46,210 nucleotides of DNA from Patescibacteria group bacterium (GTDB lineage: Bacteria; Patescibacteriota; Patescibacteriia; Patescibacteriales; VMTK01). Where the stretch lies: the NCBI GenBank assembly GCA_018896595.1, contig JAHIME010000023.1, forward strand, positions 1-46,210, given 5' to 3'. Made by a program: the position numbers and the translations under genes. Shown here piece after piece: positions 43,925 through 46,210 of this stretch. Each line of letters starts with the position of its first letter. Positions within the stretch are counted from its first letter, which is position 1. The notes beneath the pieces are model-generated. The model saw only the letters and a list, made by a program, of their open reading frames with translations, did not search any database and was not told the DNA's origin.

Positions 43925-44005
43925 CTATTTCCCCTCATTAAATTAATTAAAAAACAAAATTGAATTCTTTTTTAAGAGCTGGGCGAAGCCCAAAAGGAAA
44001 ACATG

Positions 44006-44144
44006 TATTTCATATAACGTTTCGGCATCATCCGAAGTTTTTGTGCAGTGAAACGGAACAAAAATTTGGGAGAAGGAATTTTTCTTACCTTGAATTATAA
44101 ATGTGCAAAATTTCCGAACCGGATATGCCGTGTTCTGCGATGTA
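44006..44144. repeat. attC-like element A4
   Basis: Left arm TATTTC-ATAT-AAC-GTTT-CGGCAT-C-ATCCG (one extra C). Right arm CGGATATGCCG-T-GTT-CTGC-GATGTA. Confidence 0.7.
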
Positions 44145-44149
44145 AAAAT

Positions 44150-44575
44150 TTAACTTCGTCCCAATATAAACAACCCGACTAGCACCACAACTATACCAGC
44201 AATTTTAGCTGCGCTAATAGGCTCCCTGAGTATAATTATGCCAAGAATTACTGCAATTACTATTGTGCCTCCTACCACCAATGGATTGCCTATTGAGATT
44301 GGCGCGTTCTTTGAATACATCGACAGGTAGAAAATTTCTGCGGCGCCCGCAAACAACCCAGCCACAATTGGCAACAACAAACTGCTCTTAGTGAAAACCA
44401 AGCTTTGGCCAGACATTTTCAAGTATATCGTTGAAATTATTGCGACCAACAAAGAAGCTCCAGCTATAAACATATTAGCCAAAGCGGGGCTGAATTTATC
44501 CGCAGAAATTTTCGTGAAGAAGTTGTAGAAGCCGAAAGTTGAAGCAGCTAAAATTGCGTAGGTTAACCAATTCAT
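44150..44575 (-). CDS. small EamA/DMT-like membrane protein
   Basis: 141 aa with 4-5 TM helices and a single EamA-like repeat. The stop codon lies 5 nt from A4. Confidence 0.65.
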   Translation of the reverse strand: MNWLTYAILAASTFGFYNFFTKISADKFSPALANMFIAGASLLVAIISTIYLKMSGQSLVFTKSSLLLPIVAGLFAGAAEIFYLSMYSKNAPISIGNPLVVGGTIVIAVILGIIILREPISAAKIAGIVVVLVGLFILGRS

Positions 44576-44603
44576 AATATTTTTAAGTGAGAAGTTAAAT
44601 TTT

Positions 44604-44757
44604 TATTTCGCAGAACGTTTAAGTATATGAGAAGTTTCGCCGACTTCCTTATTATTCTATCATAAAGGAGGCGAAATTTGGGTGAAAGAAAAGTGCAACC
44701 TTTGAAAATTTATAACGCACTTTTTCTTGAACCTCATATACTTTGTTAGGCGATGTA
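44604..44757. repeat. attC-like element A5
   Basis: Left arm TATTTC-GCAG-AAC-GTTT-AAGTATATGAG. Right arm CTCATATACTT-T-GTT-AGGC-GATGTA. Inner stem TTTCGCC/GGCGAAA. Confidence 0.7.
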
Positions 44758-44775
44758 TTTTTGAAAAATTATTTC

Positions 44776-45474
44776 TTATAAAACTTTTATTTCTTTTTTG
44801 TATTCTTCAATTTCTTTCGGTAAGTTTTTTAAACTATTTTCGGAGATAATATTAAAAATATTTTTATCACCACGATCTTGTATCGTATAATTAACCAAAA
44901 TATCTTTAAAATAGTTCGTGCATATTGCGTCTACAAGTCCTTCTTTTTCGATGTGTGTTAATTCAAACTTTTTTATAATACATTCTTCGATTCCTATGTG
45001 GATGATTTCATGTACTATTGTATGCAGAGGATTGCGTTTAAAAATGCCGCCCTCATTTGTTTTTATAATAATATTACCTTCTCTACAATTATATGACCCG
45101 CCTGGGCCATAAGCCGTCAGTCTAACTTCATATTTTGGAAAAAGTTTGAATCCCCAATTTCTCCACTCTCCCATTTTTTTTATTGCTTTTTCGATTATAT
45201 CAACTTCTTGGATTACGGTTTTTAATCCATTTTTGAAATATTCTAAAGAATATACTTCCTTTCTAAATATATCTTTCGCTTCCTTCGCGTCCAATGTATT
45301 AAGCAAATCTAAATCATTTGAAATCTTTAAAAAAAATGGATGATCGGGGATTGGTATTTTATAGCCATGCTCATTATAGAATGACATTTTTCCAAAGACT
45401 TTAAAAAGATAATCAAATTCTTCATCGATAGTTTGTGCGCGAATAATTATTTTATAGTCCGTTCTGATACTCAT
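44776..45474 (-). CDS. putative zinc metallopeptidase (HExxH)
   Basis: HTIVHEIIHIGIEE contains HEIIH. No other domain recognised. Confidence 0.55.
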   Translation of the reverse strand: MSIRTDYKIIIRAQTIDEEFDYLFKVFGKMSFYNEHGYKIPIPDHPFFLKISNDLDLLNTLDAKEAKDIFRKEVYSLEYFKNGLKTVIQEVDIIEKAIKKMGEWRNWGFKLFPKYEVRLTAYGPGGSYNCREGNIIIKTNEGGIFKRNPLHTIVHEIIHIGIEECIIKKFELTHIEKEGLVDAICTNYFKDILVNYTIQDRGDKNIFNIISENSLKNLPKEIEEYKKEIKVL

Positions 45475-45519
45475 ATTAAAAAAAGAAATAAAAGTTATTG
45501 AATTTGTAATTTTTCAAAA

Positions 45520-46035
45520 ATATTTTGCCTAACGTATCTCGATATCTGAAGTTTTTATTTTTCTCCTATGTTTTATTAGTAAAGAAAAAAATAAAAATTT
45601 GGGTGTAGCTAAAAAATAATTTATTTTCTCGTTCCAACCAAATCAAAGCCTTCAAAATGCACAGCGTCATCCATGAAAACCTCGATGACCTTATAGACAC
45701 CCTTGGTATACATAATGTTGTTATCTACAAAATGGGTGGCTTCTAAAATGACGATGCTCGCTTTGGGACGTGATAAAACCTCATTACCCTGAGTTTCAAT
45801 TAACGGAATAGATCCGTACAGCCAATAATTACGCTGGTCGCGTTTTAGAAAATCATAAGTTTGTCCTGCACGAAGGTCTTCAGGAATACATTCTTCGATT
45901 TTTCGACGGCCTTGTTTATGCTCCGAAATATTTCGTAAGGCCAGGTCGGGATTGAACTCAACTTTGATACCCATAAGCGTAAGAGAAAATAAATTATTTT
46001 TTAGCGTAACCAGATATCGCGTGTTAGATGATGTG
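45520..46035. repeat. attC-like element A6, with arms about 460 nt apart and an ORF in the loop
   Basis: Left arm TATTTT-GCCT-AAC-GTAT-CTCGATATCTG (45520-45547). Right arm CAGATATCGCG-T-GTT-AGAT-GATGTG (46011-46035). 10 of 11 stem positions pair. Confidence 0.55.
45621..45974 (-). CDS. hypothetical protein (117 aa) located inside element A6
   Basis: The start was set at the Met at 45974. The track start at 46061 would read across the arms of A6 and A7. Confidence 0.5.
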   Translation of the reverse strand: MGIKVEFNPDLALRNISEHKQGRRKIEECIPEDLRAGQTYDFLKRDQRNYWLYGSIPLIETQGNEVLSRPKASIVILEATHFVDNNIMYTKGVYKVIEVFMDDAVHFEGFDLVGTRK

Positions 46036-46058
46036 CCGAACTCCTTATTTCTTTTCGG

Positions 46059-46210
46059 CATTTCATCTAACGTCTACGCATCATCTGAAGTCCCGCACCT
46101 TTAATGGCAGAAAACTTTGATTAGCGTATTATTTTGATTAACGAGTTATATTTGGATTATACCACAGGCTGGTGCGGGATTTGGGTCGAGAAAATTTTTC
46201 ACTCCTTATT
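46059..46210. repeat. attC-like element A7 (left half only, truncated by the window end)
   Basis: Left arm CATTTC-ATCT-AAC-GTCT-ACGCATCATCTG-AAG. Inner stem TCCCGCACC/GGTGCGGGA. Followed by the ATTTGGGTCGAG... block shared with A2. Confidence 0.6.

Larger units (their letters stand above)
37312..46210. mobile_element. integron-type gene-cassette array (attC-like sites A0-A7). No integrase in the window, and the array runs off the right edge.
   Basis: Eight related hairpin elements have RYYYAAC-like and GTTRRRY-like ends. In 5 of 7 junctions the 4-nt variable core of a right arm is the reverse complement of the next element's left arm. It never complements its own left arm (0 of 6). All ORFs lie on the minus strand. 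Confidence 0.6.

Noticed and set aside
39970-44750. The conserved TTTGGGT / TTGGGT motif inside the attC-like elements as TTG-initiated small peptide genes (for example MGRENFSLLEI, MGEGIFLT…, MGERKVQPL…, MGVAKK)
   Set aside because: The peptide lengths range from 6 to about 38 aa, and their sequences are not conserved beyond the first 2-3 residues. The motif always follows the closing half of an inner stem, so it is better explained as a structural DNA/RNA feature.
37799-46210. Regularly recurring repeats that might be a CRISPR array
   Set aside because: The repeats are 110-210 nt imperfect palindromes, not 25-40 nt direct repeats. The intervals are gene-sized (0.4-2.9 kb) and contain ORFs. 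No cas genes are present.

Overview
This 46.2 kb window looks like part of a small, AT-rich, CPR/Patescibacteria-type bacterial genome. The taxonomic call is an inference from gene content and protein style. The standard genetic code applies, since TGA ends hydA and other genes.

Layout:
1. 1-8.2 kb: the gap 3-prime end, then a complete [FeFe]-hydrogenase module (NuoF-like flavoprotein, hydA, hydG, hydE, hydF, a TM1266-like ACT regulator, a membrane protein).
2. 8.3-11.5 kb: CCA-adding enzyme, tRNA-Ala(CGC), tRNA-Pro(CGG), a DEAD-box helicase, and a start-less radC remnant.
3. 11.5-20 kb: a visibly more AT-rich defence-type island. It holds a Phd/YefM-RelE pair, a PIN-like ORF, and a Type III R-M system whose mod and res genes are separated by a disrupted ORF, a KTSC gene and a NYN-nuclease gene.
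4. 20-24.2 kb: a ComEC-like MBL protein, an orphan response regulator, ndk, several tiny ORFs with consensus promoters and terminators, tRNA-Pro(GGG) and RNase P RNA.
5. 24.2-34.4 kb: a cell-envelope polysaccharide / dTDP-rhamnose cluster.
6. 34.5-46.2 kb: an all-minus-strand accessory block.

Main finding: from about 37.3 kb to the window end the genes are separated by eight copies of one long imperfect-palindromic element with RYYYAAC / GTTRRRY-like ends. The variable 4-nt core of each element is complementary to the neighbouring element, not to its own partner arm. That is the signature of integron gene cassettes (attC sites). No integrase lies in the window, so this is a CALIN or the distal part of a chromosomal integron.

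Secondary themes:
- Several families of miniature palindromic or heptamer-repeat elements sit in frame inside housekeeping genes, some with recognisable target-site duplications.
- An AlaX-like cassette gene is bracketed by roughly 80-bp inverted repeats.

All coordinates and motif counts were made by eye and hand count. No database search or folding program was run.
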